Notes: generated by a model not told the origin, from the sequence alone. Positions 37,561 to 46,863 are shown, numbered from the stretch's first letter. The stretch is 64,000 nucleotides of DNA from Alphaproteobacteria bacterium (GCA_965232515.1 CBDDPY010000002.1:1568001-1632000); one strand, 5' to 3'. Program-made: numbers and translations.

Positions 37561-38316
37561 ATGGACGGCGAGAAGACGGTCGGCGTGATCGGCGGCATGG
37601 GGCCGGACGCGACGGTGGAGCTGATGCGGCGCGTCATCGCCGCGACGCCGGCCGCCGACGATGCCGACCATATCCACATGATCGTCGACAACAACCCCAA
37701 GGTGCCGTCGCGGATCAAGGCGCTGATCGACGGCGACGGCGAAAGTCCGGGCCCGTTCATCGCCGGCATGGCGCAAGGGCTGGCGGCGGCCGGCGCCGAC
37801 TTCCTGGTGATCCCCTGCAACACGGCGCACCACTATCACGCCGAGGTCGCCGCGGCCGTCTCGATCCCGGTGCTGAACGTGATCACGCTGACCGCGGCCA
37901 CGATATCGAACGCATCGTCGCGGCCGCGTCGCGTGGGCATGCTGGCCTCGCCGGCGGTGCGCATCGTCGGCCTGTTCGACGCCGCGCTACACGGGGTGGA
38001 TATCGCACCGGTCTATCCGGAATCGAACCACCGCCTGCTCGACGTCATCAAGGCGGTGAAGGCCGGGCAGGTTTCGGCCGAGACCCGTGAAACGTTGAAT
38101 GCGATCGCCGACGAGCTGGAAACCGCCGGCGCCGACTGCCTGTTGATCTCCTGCAGCGAGCTGTCGGTGATCTCAGACGCGATGCAGACTGCCCTGCCCG
38201 TCTTCGATACGATTCAAATTCTTGCCGACGCGGTCGTTGCGCAGGCCAAGGGCGAGCCCGGCGAAGCCGCGGTTACGGCGCCGCCAGTCGGTAACCGCGG
38301 CCACGGATCGTGGTGA
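37561..38316 (+). CDS. Asp/Glu racemase-family protein (cysteate racemase CuyB-like by context)
   Basis: GVIGGMGP.AT, IPCNTAH and ISCSE (two catalytic Cys). Confidence 0.88.
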   Translation: MDGEKTVGVIGGMGPDATVELMRRVIAATPAADDADHIHMIVDNNPKVPSRIKALIDGDGESPGPFIAGMAQGLAAAGADFLVIPCNTAHHYHAEVAAAVSIPVLNVITLTAATISNASSRPRRVGMLASPAVRIVGLFDAALHGVDIAPVYPESNHRLLDVIKAVKAGQVSAETRETLNAIADELETAGADCLLISCSELSVISDAMQTALPVFDTIQILADAVVAQAKGEPGEAAVTAPPVGNRGHGSW

Positions 38317-38956
38317 TCAGCCTGGCCCCGTCGCGGTCGTCGATCTTGGCGCGAAGCCGACGGATATAGACCTCGACCACGTTGGTCAGCGGGTCCTCGT
38401 GCGCACCCCAGACGTTCTGCAGGATGCGCGCCCGACTGACGACCTTGCCCTGCTCCAGCATCAGGAACTCAAGCAGCGCATATTCGAGCGAGGTGAGTTC
38501 GATCTCCTTGCCGTCGCGGATGACGACGAGCGCGTCGCGGTCGAACGTCAGATCGGCGACCTGCAGCATTCCGTCGGACTCCGCGCCGCCGTCACGGCCG
38601 GCCCGACGCCGGATCGTTTCGAGCCGCGCCAGCAGCTCGTCGAAGGCAAACGGCTTGGTCAGGTAGTCATCGGCCCCCATGCGCAGGCCGCGGACCACGT
38701 CCTCGGTGCTGTCGAGCGCGGTCAACATCAGGATCGGCGTCAGATTGCGCTCCATCCGCAGCGTCCGGCACACTTCCAGGCCGTCGACCTTGGGCAGCAT
38801 CAGATCGAGGATGATGGCGTCCCAGTCCACCAGGCGCGCTTCGGCCAGCCCGGCCTCACCGTCGTTCACGATCCGGACCGTATGCCCCTCGGCACGCAAG
38901 CCCCGGCCCAGCATTTCATAGATCCGGACATCGTCCTCAACCATCAGCAGATTCAC
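38273..38956 (-). CDS. OmpR-family response regulator
   Basis: VEDD, ILDLMLP, GADDYLTKPF, NVVEVYIRRLR.K, RGRGY. Confidence 0.95.
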   Translation of the reverse strand: MNLLMVEDDVRIYEMLGRGLRAEGHTVRIVNDGEAGLAEARLVDWDAIILDLMLPKVDGLEVCRTLRMERNLTPILMLTALDSTEDVVRGLRMGADDYLTKPFAFDELLARLETIRRRAGRDGGAESDGMLQVADLTFDRDALVVIRDGKEIELTSLEYALLEFLMLEQGKVVSRARILQNVWGAHEDPLTNVVEVYIRRLRAKIDDRDGARLITTIRGRGYRLAAP

Positions 38957-40590
38957 GCGGTCGCTCCACCCTTTTCAGGCATCGAGTCGTTAACTGGTGC
39001 CGACAGGCACGACTCGTCAAGAGCGGGAAACACAGCGCGCACCGCCGTGCCCTGGCGCCGGCCGCTATCGATCCAGATCCGGCCGCCATGGGCGTTGACC
39101 AGCGAGCGCGCGATCGGCAGGCCAAGACCGGTGCCGCCGGTCGACGACGGGTCCGGAACCGTGGCGGCGCGATAGAAGCGCTCGAATACGCGGTTGACCT
39201 CGCTGTCCGGGATGCCGGGGCCGTCGTCCTCCACGCAGAGCTCCCATCCGGCCTCGGTCCGATGCAGGCGGACATGGATGCGCACGCCGGCATGCGAGTG
39301 CTGGATCGCGTTCGACAGCAATATTCGGACGAGTTGGCCAAGGCGTTGCACGTCGCCCTCAATCAGCGCCTGGCTGTCCTCGAACGCCGTGGTGAGCGAC
39401 GCCTGTCCGCCATCAATCGCCGAATTCATCTGTTCGACGCCGGCGCAGACGGCTTTCTTCAGATCTGTCACCTCGCGGCGCAGGTCGAGCACGCCCGCCT
39501 GCTCTCGGGCGACCAGAAAGATGTCGTTCACGAACCGCGTCAGCTGATCGGCGATGCCGATGATCTGCGACAGCGCCGCCCGATAGGTTTCCTGATGATC
39601 CTGCCGGGTACGCAGCGCGATCTCGGCTTCGCCCCGCACCGCCGTGATCGGGGTGCGCAGCTCGTGTCCGATGTCGGCGAAAAACTGGCGGCGGTTGGCG
39701 TCGCGGCGCTGCAGCTCGTTGTTGGCGACGCGCAGCGCCACCGTGCGTTCGGCGACCCGCACCTCAAGTGAGGCGCGCGCCTCCTCGAGCGCTTCGTGCT
39801 GCTGCCGCAGCTCGCGCGCCATGGTGTTGAAACGCTGCGACAGCACGGCGAACTCGTCGTTGCCGGAGACCGGAATTTCATGCGTCAACTGTCCGGTGGC
39901 GAACAGCGCCGCGCCCTGCTCGAGGTTTACCAGGCCGGTCCTGAGCCGCAGGACCAGCGTAACGACGACCAAACCGGTCAGTGCCAACCCGGTCGCGGTG
40001 GCTGCCACGGCGGCCCACAATCCGACCTGGTTCACCCATTCGATCTCTGCCGACGCGGTCTGAAGCTCACTACGCTCGTCGGCAAGCGCCACCTCGATCA
40101 TGAAGTTCACCCGACCGTCGATCCGGTTCTCCAGACTAGCGTCGAGGAAGGCCCGTGCGTCCGCGAACCGCCCGTCGGCCAGCATCCGTTCGGTCTCTCG
40201 GATGTCGTCGAAGGCCCTGATGAGCTCCTGCCTCAGCGCCTGGGTCCGCGACACATCGCCCATGTCCTCGTTTTCACGGGCGCCGACGGCAACTTCCGCC
40301 GCTTCGTCAGCCGCGATCTCGGCGATGATCGTCTCAACCTCACTCTGGGCGTCGTCGAGGCTGAACGTCAGTTTCCCGCCGCCATGCATAAGATCGCGCC
40401 GGATCTGTTTGAAGGTCCGGAATACCTCGCCGGAAAGCTGCAGATAGCCGCCGAGCTCCTCGTAGGCGAGCCGCATGCGCAGATGATTGTAGGTGGACCG
40501 GTCCGCATTCCACAGCAGCATGGCGGCGCAAGCGACGATGACGCTCGCCAGAATGCCGACGCAGAGGAGGATCTTCGTGCGGACCAGCAT
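38953..40590 (-). CDS. Sensor histidine kinase (two TMs, periplasmic helical domain, HAMP)
   Basis: H-box GHELRTP, LLSNAI, DDGPGI, FERFYR, GTGLGL. Confidence 0.95.
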   Translation of the reverse strand: MLVRTKILLCVGILASVIVACAAMLLWNADRSTYNHLRMRLAYEELGGYLQLSGEVFRTFKQIRRDLMHGGGKLTFSLDDAQSEVETIIAEIAADEAAEVAVGARENEDMGDVSRTQALRQELIRAFDDIRETERMLADGRFADARAFLDASLENRIDGRVNFMIEVALADERSELQTASAEIEWVNQVGLWAAVAATATGLALTGLVVVTLVLRLRTGLVNLEQGAALFATGQLTHEIPVSGNDEFAVLSQRFNTMARELRQQHEALEEARASLEVRVAERTVALRVANNELQRRDANRRQFFADIGHELRTPITAVRGEAEIALRTRQDHQETYRAALSQIIGIADQLTRFVNDIFLVAREQAGVLDLRREVTDLKKAVCAGVEQMNSAIDGGQASLTTAFEDSQALIEGDVQRLGQLVRILLSNAIQHSHAGVRIHVRLHRTEAGWELCVEDDGPGIPDSEVNRVFERFYRAATVPDPSSTGGTGLGLPIARSLVNAHGGRIWIDSGRRQGTAVRAVFPALDESCLSAPVNDSMPEKGGATA

Positions 40591-40686
40591 ATCTCAGAAG
40601 CTAGGCGCTGGAGACGTCAATACCATCGGCCGCCGCCCTTTTTTTCCGGCATCCGGCTTTTTGCCGTCGCCAAAACCGGACGACCC

Positions 40687-40708
40687 GGACGGGGCAGTTG
40701 CCCCGTCC
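40687..40708 (-). terminator. Hairpin between the iota-CA gene and the kinase
   Basis: GGACGGGGCA-gt-TGCCCCGTCC. Confidence 0.45.
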
Positions 40709-40755
40709 CTCATCGCCTGGTCGCAGAACTGCGGCGCCATGACGCTGCGCTGCGG

Positions 40756-41298
40756 TCAGTTCACCGCGAACGGCAGCGACGAATGGTGCAGGTTGATGCG
40801 CAACCGGCCGTCGGCGCCGCGGATGTACCCAAACGAATACTCCACCTTGACCTCGTTGCCGTCGGTATCGGTGAAGTAGTAGTTGCCCATGGCGAGCGCG
40901 CTGTCGCTGTCGATGACGAGATCCTCGTTTTCGAAGCGCACTGCGGTCCAGGGAGTAATGGCGAAGCCCTGATCCTCGGCGATGCCGCCGCGCACGAAAT
41001 AGGACAGCGCCTCGTCGCTGGTGCCGCGGAACTGGTCGGCCGCGGCCTTGGTCGGCTTGAACAGCACCTTGCCCTCGCCATAGGCATAGAGGTCGGCGAT
41101 ATGCTGGCGGGCGGCCGCGGTGTAGTCGCCGCCCTCGACGCTGGCCTTGCCAATAGCGACGATGCCGGCGGCCCAGGCTTCCTGCGCGGCCAGGATCTCC
41201 GCCTCTGTGATCGCCGCCTTTTTTGCCATCGCCGGCGTGCCCAGCATCCCGACAATGCCCACGGCGGCCGCCATCACGCCGAATTTGCGAACCTTCAT
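40756..41298 (-). CDS. Secreted COG4337-domain protein, iota-class carbonic anhydrase-like
   Basis: Signal peptide, VLFKPTKA, ALSYFV, EDQGFA, AMGNYYF, VEYSFGY and the signature HHSSLP. Confidence 0.8.
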   Translation of the reverse strand: MKVRKFGVMAAAVGIVGMLGTPAMAKKAAITEAEILAAQEAWAAGIVAIGKASVEGGDYTAAARQHIADLYAYGEGKVLFKPTKAAADQFRGTSDEALSYFVRGGIAEDQGFAITPWTAVRFENEDLVIDSDSALAMGNYYFTDTDGNEVKVEYSFGYIRGADGRLRINLHHSSLPFAVN

Positions 41299-41394
41299 TT
41301 GCACATTCCTTTCCACGTTGGCTGTTACCTCAAGCCGGTCGTCCATCGCGGGCCGCACCTCGACGGGCCGCGACGCACCGGCCTTGCAGAAAGA

Positions 41395-41442
41395 CTTAGA
41401 CCACCCTGACAACGGCCGAAGCGGCTTAATCATCCGCTAATC
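41395..41442 (-). promoter_or_regulatory. 11-bp-period direct repeats, OmpR/PmrA-type boxes
   Basis: CTTAGA-N5-CTGACA (41395) and CTTAAT-N5-GCTAAT (41425), upstream of the iota-CA/kinase/regulator unit. Confidence 0.45.
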
Positions 41443-41481
41443 CGACACTCAGCTTCCGTTCATCCAGAATTCATCGGCTGT

Positions 41482-41706
41482 TCATGTTTGCCAGCAGCAC
41501 AAGCCGATACATGCCCGATCGTCGACCGGGCGGCCGGTCCGGTTCGTCAGGCGGGATTCGCCAACGTCCGTCGCGCCGAACAGGCCTTGCGGACGGAAGA
41601 TCAGAAAGAAGATCAGCGCGGCGAAGACGACGACGTCGCGGTCGTCGGCGGCGAAAACTGCCAGCCCACATCCGCGACGCCGGCTTCGATTTGCGCGGCT
41701 ATGATC
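41482..41706 (-). pseudogene. 3' remnant of a LivH-type ABC permease
   Basis: Minus strand encodes IIAAQIEAGVADVGWQF then, after a frame change, AADDRDVVVFAALIFFLIFRPQGLFG, the LivH C-terminal motif. No N-terminal part. Confidence 0.6.
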
Positions 41707-41711
41707 CGACG

Positions 41712-42302
41712 ATGGATTCGTTTCCGACCGTCATCACGCACAATTTCGATCCGGCGCGCGGCGCGTTCAGGAACATCTGCACGCTGCCCGAGACCGATGT
41801 GGAACGCGTACTCGACGAGATTCGGGCATCGGGAACACGACGTATCAAGGCGAACTACCAGCGGCGACGGCGGGCGACCGAGGACTGGTTGATGGCCGAA
41901 CGCCATCGGAAGCTGGGCAATCCTTGGCTCGCGCGGCCGATCTACTTCTTCCTCGGCGACTTCGCCGACGGCTTGGATCCGTCTCGGCCGCGATCGCTGA
42001 TCGTGCCGTTGTCGACCCTGCCCGCCGAGACGATGACGTTCACCTATCCGGACAGCATGGCGAGCCTGTCGCTCGCCACCAAGGACACCCATCTTGCCGA
42101 CCGGCGGCCCTATCACGGCAAGGTCTTCACCTTGCGGGAAATCACGGCAGCGGTCGCCGAATTCGGTCTGCCCGACAAGCATCGGGACGACATGCGATCG
42201 CGGCTTTACGATCGCTTCATCGAATGCCAGATCTGGGACGACCGGCCCGTTAAACGGTTCTTGGAATCAGTGCGGACAGCGCAGGTGCGAAGATCGCGGT
42301 AA
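41712..42302 (+). CDS. Hypothetical protein
   Basis: 196 aa; ITHNFDP, PIYFFLG, TFTYPDSMAS, GKVFTL.EI and FIECQIWDD look like conserved blocks. Confidence 0.7.
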   Translation: MDSFPTVITHNFDPARGAFRNICTLPETDVERVLDEIRASGTRRIKANYQRRRRATEDWLMAERHRKLGNPWLARPIYFFLGDFADGLDPSRPRSLIVPLSTLPAETMTFTYPDSMASLSLATKDTHLADRRPYHGKVFTLREITAAVAEFGLPDKHRDDMRSRLYDRFIECQIWDDRPVKRFLESVRTAQVRRSR

Positions 42303-42499
42303 ATGCCCGCATAAGGAAAACGCGATGATAGCGCTTGTGAAGACGCCGCCCGATCTGCAATCATTTTGGCCTGCATCGCATCTTTGTTGTGCGGTTTGAC
42401 TTTTTTGCGGGCGGATCTGCAGCGGTTCGTGGGGACCTTTCCGGGCCATTCACGTAGGCACATCGCGTAACCCTTCGCCGAAACCGGCTGTCCGAGAAT

Positions 42500-42514
42500 T
42501 GGCACAAGCCTTGC
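42500..42514 (+). promoter_or_regulatory. Sigma54 -24/-12 promoter
   Basis: TGGCAC-AAGCC-TTGC, 89 bp before the permease start; NtrC-like CGCAT-N7-GTGCG at 42377-42393. Confidence 0.75.
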
Positions 42515-42603
42515 GAAGCGAAGGACGTAGCAAAAACTGACGCCGGTCTTTGTTCAGGCCGGTCAGAGACAATAACAGGCGTAGGCAACAGGCGGCGGCG
42601 TGA

Positions 42604-43488
42604 ATGGAAGCAGCGGTAAAGCTGGTCTTCGATATCCTTGCGTTCTCTTCGATCATGGTTCTGGTGGTGGCGGGCCTCGCCGTTATCGCCAGCCTGATGG
42701 GGATCTTCAATCTCGGCCACGGCGAGTTCGTGCTGCTGGGCGCCTACACCGTCTATGTCTTCCGCGAAATGGGCCTGCCGGAATGGATGGGCATCCTGAT
42801 GGCGCCGTTCTTCCTGGCGGTGCTGGGCCTGATCATCGAGGCGTCGGTGATCCGACGATTATACGCGGCGCCGATCATCGCCATGCTGGCGACCTACGCC
42901 ATCGGTCTGATCATTCGCGAGATCGTGAGAGGCCTGATCGGCGGGCAGTATTACGCGATCGACGAGCCGATCCCAGGCGCCTTCGTGATCGGCGATATGA
43001 GCTTTCCGATCTGGCGCACGGTGATCATCGTCGTCACGCTGGCGGTGATGGCCGCCTGCTATCTGTTCCTGACGCGCACCACGTTCGGACTGCAGATCCG
43101 CGGGTCATTGGAGAACCCGGCGCTGGCGCGCGCCTCGGGCGTCTCGACGACCAAGCTCTACGCCTTCACCTTCGCCTTCGGCGCGGCCCTGGCGGGCCTC
43201 GCCGGCGCCATGATGGTGCCGCTGTTCTCGCTGTCGGCCGATCTCGGCGTGCGCTTTCTGGTGCAGGCGTTCCTGTCGGTGATGCTGGGCGGCGTCGGCA
43301 CCTTCGAAGGCCCCGTTGTCGGCAGCGCCATGTTGGGCGCCATGGTCCCCGGGTTCCAGTGGCTGCGCGAGATTCCCTTCGTCGTCGACTATGTAAGCCC
43401 CGTCTTCGCCGAAGTCCTGGTTTTCGTTACCGCACTGACGATCGTGAAACTTCGGCCGCAAGGCCTCATTAGCCAAGGGAGGATCTGA
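42604..43488 (+). CDS. Amide/urea-type (LivH/UrtB-like) ABC permease
   Basis: GIFNLGHGEF, FG..IRG..EN..LA..SG, LGGVG, RPQGL. Confidence 0.9.
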   Translation: MEAAVKLVFDILAFSSIMVLVVAGLAVIASLMGIFNLGHGEFVLLGAYTVYVFREMGLPEWMGILMAPFFLAVLGLIIEASVIRRLYAAPIIAMLATYAIGLIIREIVRGLIGGQYYAIDEPIPGAFVIGDMSFPIWRTVIIVVTLAVMAACYLFLTRTTFGLQIRGSLENPALARASGVSTTKLYAFTFAFGAALAGLAGAMMVPLFSLSADLGVRFLVQAFLSVMLGGVGTFEGPVVGSAMLGAMVPGFQWLREIPFVVDYVSPVFAEVLVFVTALTIVKLRPQGLISQGRI

Positions 43489-43491
43489 GAG

Positions 43492-44733
43492 ATGGCTACT
43501 GACAGGTATCAAGAAAGACGCGACCGGCGGGTCTCGCGCCGCTCGTTTCTGCTCGGCGCCAGCGCGCTGAGCGCCGCCGGCTGGGTCGCCGGTTTCTCGG
43601 GCGGCTGGGTGCTGCGGCCGAAATGGGCGCACGCGGCCGGTCCGATCAAGATGGGCATCGCCACCGACATCACCGGCGCCATCGCGCCGGGCGGCAACGC
43701 CAACTGGCAGACGGCGCAGTTCACGGTACAGAAGATCAACGACGCCGGCGGCATTCTGGGCCGGCCGATCGAACTGATCCTGGAAGACACGGCGTCCGAC
43801 CCCGGCATCGCCGTCGGCAACGTACGCCGGCTGATCCAGAAGCATCAGGTCGACGTCGTCTTTGGCGGCATCACCAGCGCCATGCGCGAAGCGATCAAGA
43901 ACCCGATCGTGCGCCGCGGCAAGACGCTCTACATCTATCCGCAGCTCTATGAAGGTCAGGAATGCACCGAGCATCTCTACTGCACCGGCCCGACGCCGGC
44001 GCAGCAATGCGCCGAGCTGCTGCCGTTCCTGATCAAGCAGGGCAACAAGCGCTTCGCCATGCCATCGGCCAACTACCGCTGGCCGCAACTGCTGAACAAG
44101 TGGGCCCGCGACGTGATCGAGGCGAATGGCGGCGAAGTGGTGTTCGAGGAATACTACCCGCTCGACCAGATCGAGTATTCGGCGACCGTCGCCAAGATCA
44201 TGAACGAGAACGTCGATCACGTGTTCAACACGGTGATCCCGCCCGGCCTGCAGGCCTTCACCAAACAGCTCTACGAGGCCGGCTTCCACGGCAAGGGCGG
44301 CACGCTGTCCTGCGTCTATTACGACGAGAACTCGGTCAACTATGTGGCGCCGCGCGAGCTGGAAGGCGTCTATAGCTGTCTCGACTTCTTCCACACGGTG
44401 CCGGACCCGTTCAGTCAGGAACTGGTCACCGACTACAACAAGATGTTCCCGGATACGAAGTTCCTGTTCACCGCCGGCAGCGCGGCGACGGGCATGTATC
44501 GCGGCATCAAGCTGTACGAAGCGTCCGTGATCGAGACCAACGGCGATCTCGACCGCGAGGCCGTCTCGGCGGCGATCGACAAGGCCGCGATCGACCAGGG
44601 TCCGGGCGGACCGGCCAAGATGGTGCCCGGCACCGGCCACGTCGCCATGAACATGTACGTGGCGCAGTCCAAGGGCGGCAAGTGGAACGTCATCTCCAAA
44701 GCCGACATGGTGGCGCCGGACGAGTGCGCCTGA
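43492..44733 (+). CDS. Amide/urea-binding protein (AmiC/UrtA-like), Tat-exported
   Basis: SRRSFL Tat motif, INDAGGILGRPIE, YPQLYEG.E, GPTPAQQ. Confidence 0.88.
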   Translation: MATDRYQERRDRRVSRRSFLLGASALSAAGWVAGFSGGWVLRPKWAHAAGPIKMGIATDITGAIAPGGNANWQTAQFTVQKINDAGGILGRPIELILEDTASDPGIAVGNVRRLIQKHQVDVVFGGITSAMREAIKNPIVRRGKTLYIYPQLYEGQECTEHLYCTGPTPAQQCAELLPFLIKQGNKRFAMPSANYRWPQLLNKWARDVIEANGGEVVFEEYYPLDQIEYSATVAKIMNENVDHVFNTVIPPGLQAFTKQLYEAGFHGKGGTLSCVYYDENSVNYVAPRELEGVYSCLDFFHTVPDPFSQELVTDYNKMFPDTKFLFTAGSAATGMYRGIKLYEASVIETNGDLDREAVSAAIDKAAIDQGPGGPAKMVPGTGHVAMNMYVAQSKGGKWNVISKADMVAPDECA

Positions 44734-44743
44734 CGCAACCGGA

Positions 44744-44775
44744 CGGCGGCCGCGCGGACATCCGCGCGGCCGCCG
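44744..44775. other. Intercistronic hairpin after the binding-protein gene
   Basis: CGGCGGCCGCGCGGA-ca-TCCGCGCGGCCGCCG. Confidence 0.6.
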
Positions 44776-44813
44776 GTTCGTCCGATCATGAACAGAACCG
44801 GTAACCGAGCGTC

Positions 44814-45872
44814 ATGGCAGAGGTAGCCCAGAGCAGGCCGAAAATCAGCCGCCGTCCGGTGCGGGTGATCCCGATTGTCGAAGTGGTGCTGCTGGTTCTG
44901 CTGATCGCCATGCCGCTGCTGGTCAGCGATTTCCTGACCGTGATCATCACCCGCATGGTGATCCTGGCCATGCTGGCGATCAGCTTCGACCTGTGCTGGG
45001 GCTATTCCGGCATCATGACCTTCGGCCAAGCGCTCTATTTCGGCATGGCCGGTTATGTCGTCGCGCTGTTGGCCAACAAGGCCGGCTTCGTGCAGTTCTG
45101 GGGCGTGATCCCGATCGGCATGCTGGTCGGGCTGGTCGTGGCCTTCCTGGTCGCCTGGTTCCTGCTGCTGGGTAAACGCACGCCCGAGATCATCTTCGTC
45201 GCGCTCGGCACCTTGACCGCATCCTACGCCGCCGAGCGCATGGTCGCCGGCTGGCAGTGGGTTGGCGCCGGCAACGGCATGTCGGTCTACGATTTCATGA
45301 TGATCGGCGACTACGAGCTGGAGCCGGGCATCGTGTTCTATTACATCGCCGCGGCGATCCTGGTGCTGGTCTATCTCGCCAGCCGCTACCTCGTGCGCTC
45401 GCAGTTCGGTCTGGTGCTGGCCGGCATGCGGCAGAACGAGGAACGGCTCGCCTATTTCGGCTACAAGGTACAGGTATTCAAGGCCCTGGTGTTCAGCTTC
45501 GCCGGCATGATCGCCGGCCTGTCGGGCGCGCTTTACGCCTATCACGAAGGCTTCATCGGACCCGGCAGCATGGGCATCGCGCTGTCGACCTATGCGGTGC
45601 TGTACGGGCTGTTCGGCGGCGCCGGCACCCTGCTCGGACCAATCATTGGCGTCATCGCCATCGAGAGCATCAGCTTCACGCTCTCGGACCTGGACGCGGT
45701 GAAGAGCTTCTGGCCGATCGTGCTCGGCGTGATCCTGCTGGTCGTGGTGGCCTACAAGCCGACCGGTCTGCTCGGCTTCGTGCTGTCGCAGCGCGAGCGG
45801 ATCGGCACCTTCGGCATCGGGACGTCGCGGCGTGGCGCCGACCAGCGGAAGAGCGACGATGGCGCTGCTTGA
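44814..45872 (+). CDS. LivM/UrtC-like ABC permease
   Basis: WGYSGIMTFGQ, RQNEERL..FGY, GGAGTLLGP. Confidence 0.9.
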   Translation: MAEVAQSRPKISRRPVRVIPIVEVVLLVLLIAMPLLVSDFLTVIITRMVILAMLAISFDLCWGYSGIMTFGQALYFGMAGYVVALLANKAGFVQFWGVIPIGMLVGLVVAFLVAWFLLLGKRTPEIIFVALGTLTASYAAERMVAGWQWVGAGNGMSVYDFMMIGDYELEPGIVFYYIAAAILVLVYLASRYLVRSQFGLVLAGMRQNEERLAYFGYKVQVFKALVFSFAGMIAGLSGALYAYHEGFIGPGSMGIALSTYAVLYGLFGGAGTLLGPIIGVIAIESISFTLSDLDAVKSFWPIVLGVILLVVVAYKPTGLLGFVLSQRERIGTFGIGTSRRGADQRKSDDGAA

Positions 45873-46593
45873 GGTCCAGGGCGTCGGCAAGACGTTCGGG
45901 GCGCTGCGCGCGCTCGACGGCGTCGACGTCAGCGTCCGGGCCAATACCTTTCACGGTCTGATCGGGCCCAACGGTTCCGGCAAGAGCACGCTGCTGAAGG
46001 CCATCGCCGGCGCGCATCTGGCGGACGACGGCAGCATCACCTTCGACGGCAACGACATCACCAAAATGCGCGCCGCCGACCGGGCCCGGCTGGGCCTCAG
46101 CCTGAAGTTCCAGATCACGGCCGTGCTGCCGGAGCTGTCGGTCTACGACAACCTGCTGCTGTCGATACAGGCGGACGAGCCGGTCTGGACGCTGGTGCGG
46201 TCGCGCAGCCGGGCCGAGTCGCATGACCGGGTGATGGACGCGCTGGAGCGCTTTCGCCTGGCCGAGCGCGCCGACGATCTGGCCGGCGAGTTGAGCCATG
46301 GCCTGCAGCAATGGCTGGAGATCGCCATGGCGCTGATGCGCCGGCCGAAGCTGCTGCTGCTGGACGAGCCGACCGGCGGCATGAGCCCGGAGGAACGGCG
46401 CGCCACCGGCGAGCTGCTGATGCCGATCCGCAGCGAATGCGCGCTGGTGATCGTCGAACACGATCTCGACTTCATCAAGGACATCTGCGACCACCTGACC
46501 GTGCTGGACCAGGGCCGCGTACTGGACGACGGCACGGTGGCCGAGATCGAGGCCTCGCCCAAGGTGCAGGAGGTCTACACCACCCGTGTCTGA
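45859..46593 (+). CDS. LivG/UrtD-like ABC ATPase
   Basis: GPNGSGKS, LSHG.QQWLEI, LLDEPTGG, EHD. Confidence 0.92.
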   Translation: MALLEVQGVGKTFGALRALDGVDVSVRANTFHGLIGPNGSGKSTLLKAIAGAHLADDGSITFDGNDITKMRAADRARLGLSLKFQITAVLPELSVYDNLLLSIQADEPVWTLVRSRSRAESHDRVMDALERFRLAERADDLAGELSHGLQQWLEIAMALMRRPKLLLLDEPTGGMSPEERRATGELLMPIRSECALVIVEHDLDFIKDICDHLTVLDQGRVLDDGTVAEIEASPKVQEVYTTRV

Positions 46594-46597
46594 CGCA

Positions 46598-46863
46598 AGC
46601 CTGCATTTCTCCTATCCTGCATGGCCTGCGCGGCGTCGTGCTGTCGACAGGGCAGGAGCGCTGCGCGGCGCGATGTGGGGCATCGGGCAAGCAGCGCGAC
46701 GCCCCCTGTCGGCAGCACGGCGCCGCCCGAAGGGTCGCGCGCAGGCGCCCGCCCGCGGCGTCGCGGCCCTCAACCGTAGTCCCGCTACGCTTTTCGGTCC
46801 GCTCCTGGCGGATCGGACGCCTGCGCGCGACGCAGACCGTGCAGGATAGGAGAAATGCAGGCT
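46598..46863. mobile_element. 266-bp MITE/palindromic-element-like insertion with 33-bp terminal inverted repeats and two internal arms
   Basis: 46598-46630 pairs with 46831-46863 (outer 24 bp perfect, 2 mismatches overall). Arms are 46631-46651/46705-46725 and 46735-46747/46818-46830. CTGAC occurs at both junctions. Confidence 0.75.

Noticed and set aside
38273-38316. 44-bp convergent overlap of racemase and response regulator
   Set aside because: Short tail-to-tail overlaps are common and the racemase tail is low complexity; at most a junction between blocks.
46586-46849. 87-aa ORF as an independent protein gene
   Set aside because: Almost entirely the translation of the palindromic element; kept only as a possible coupling uORF.
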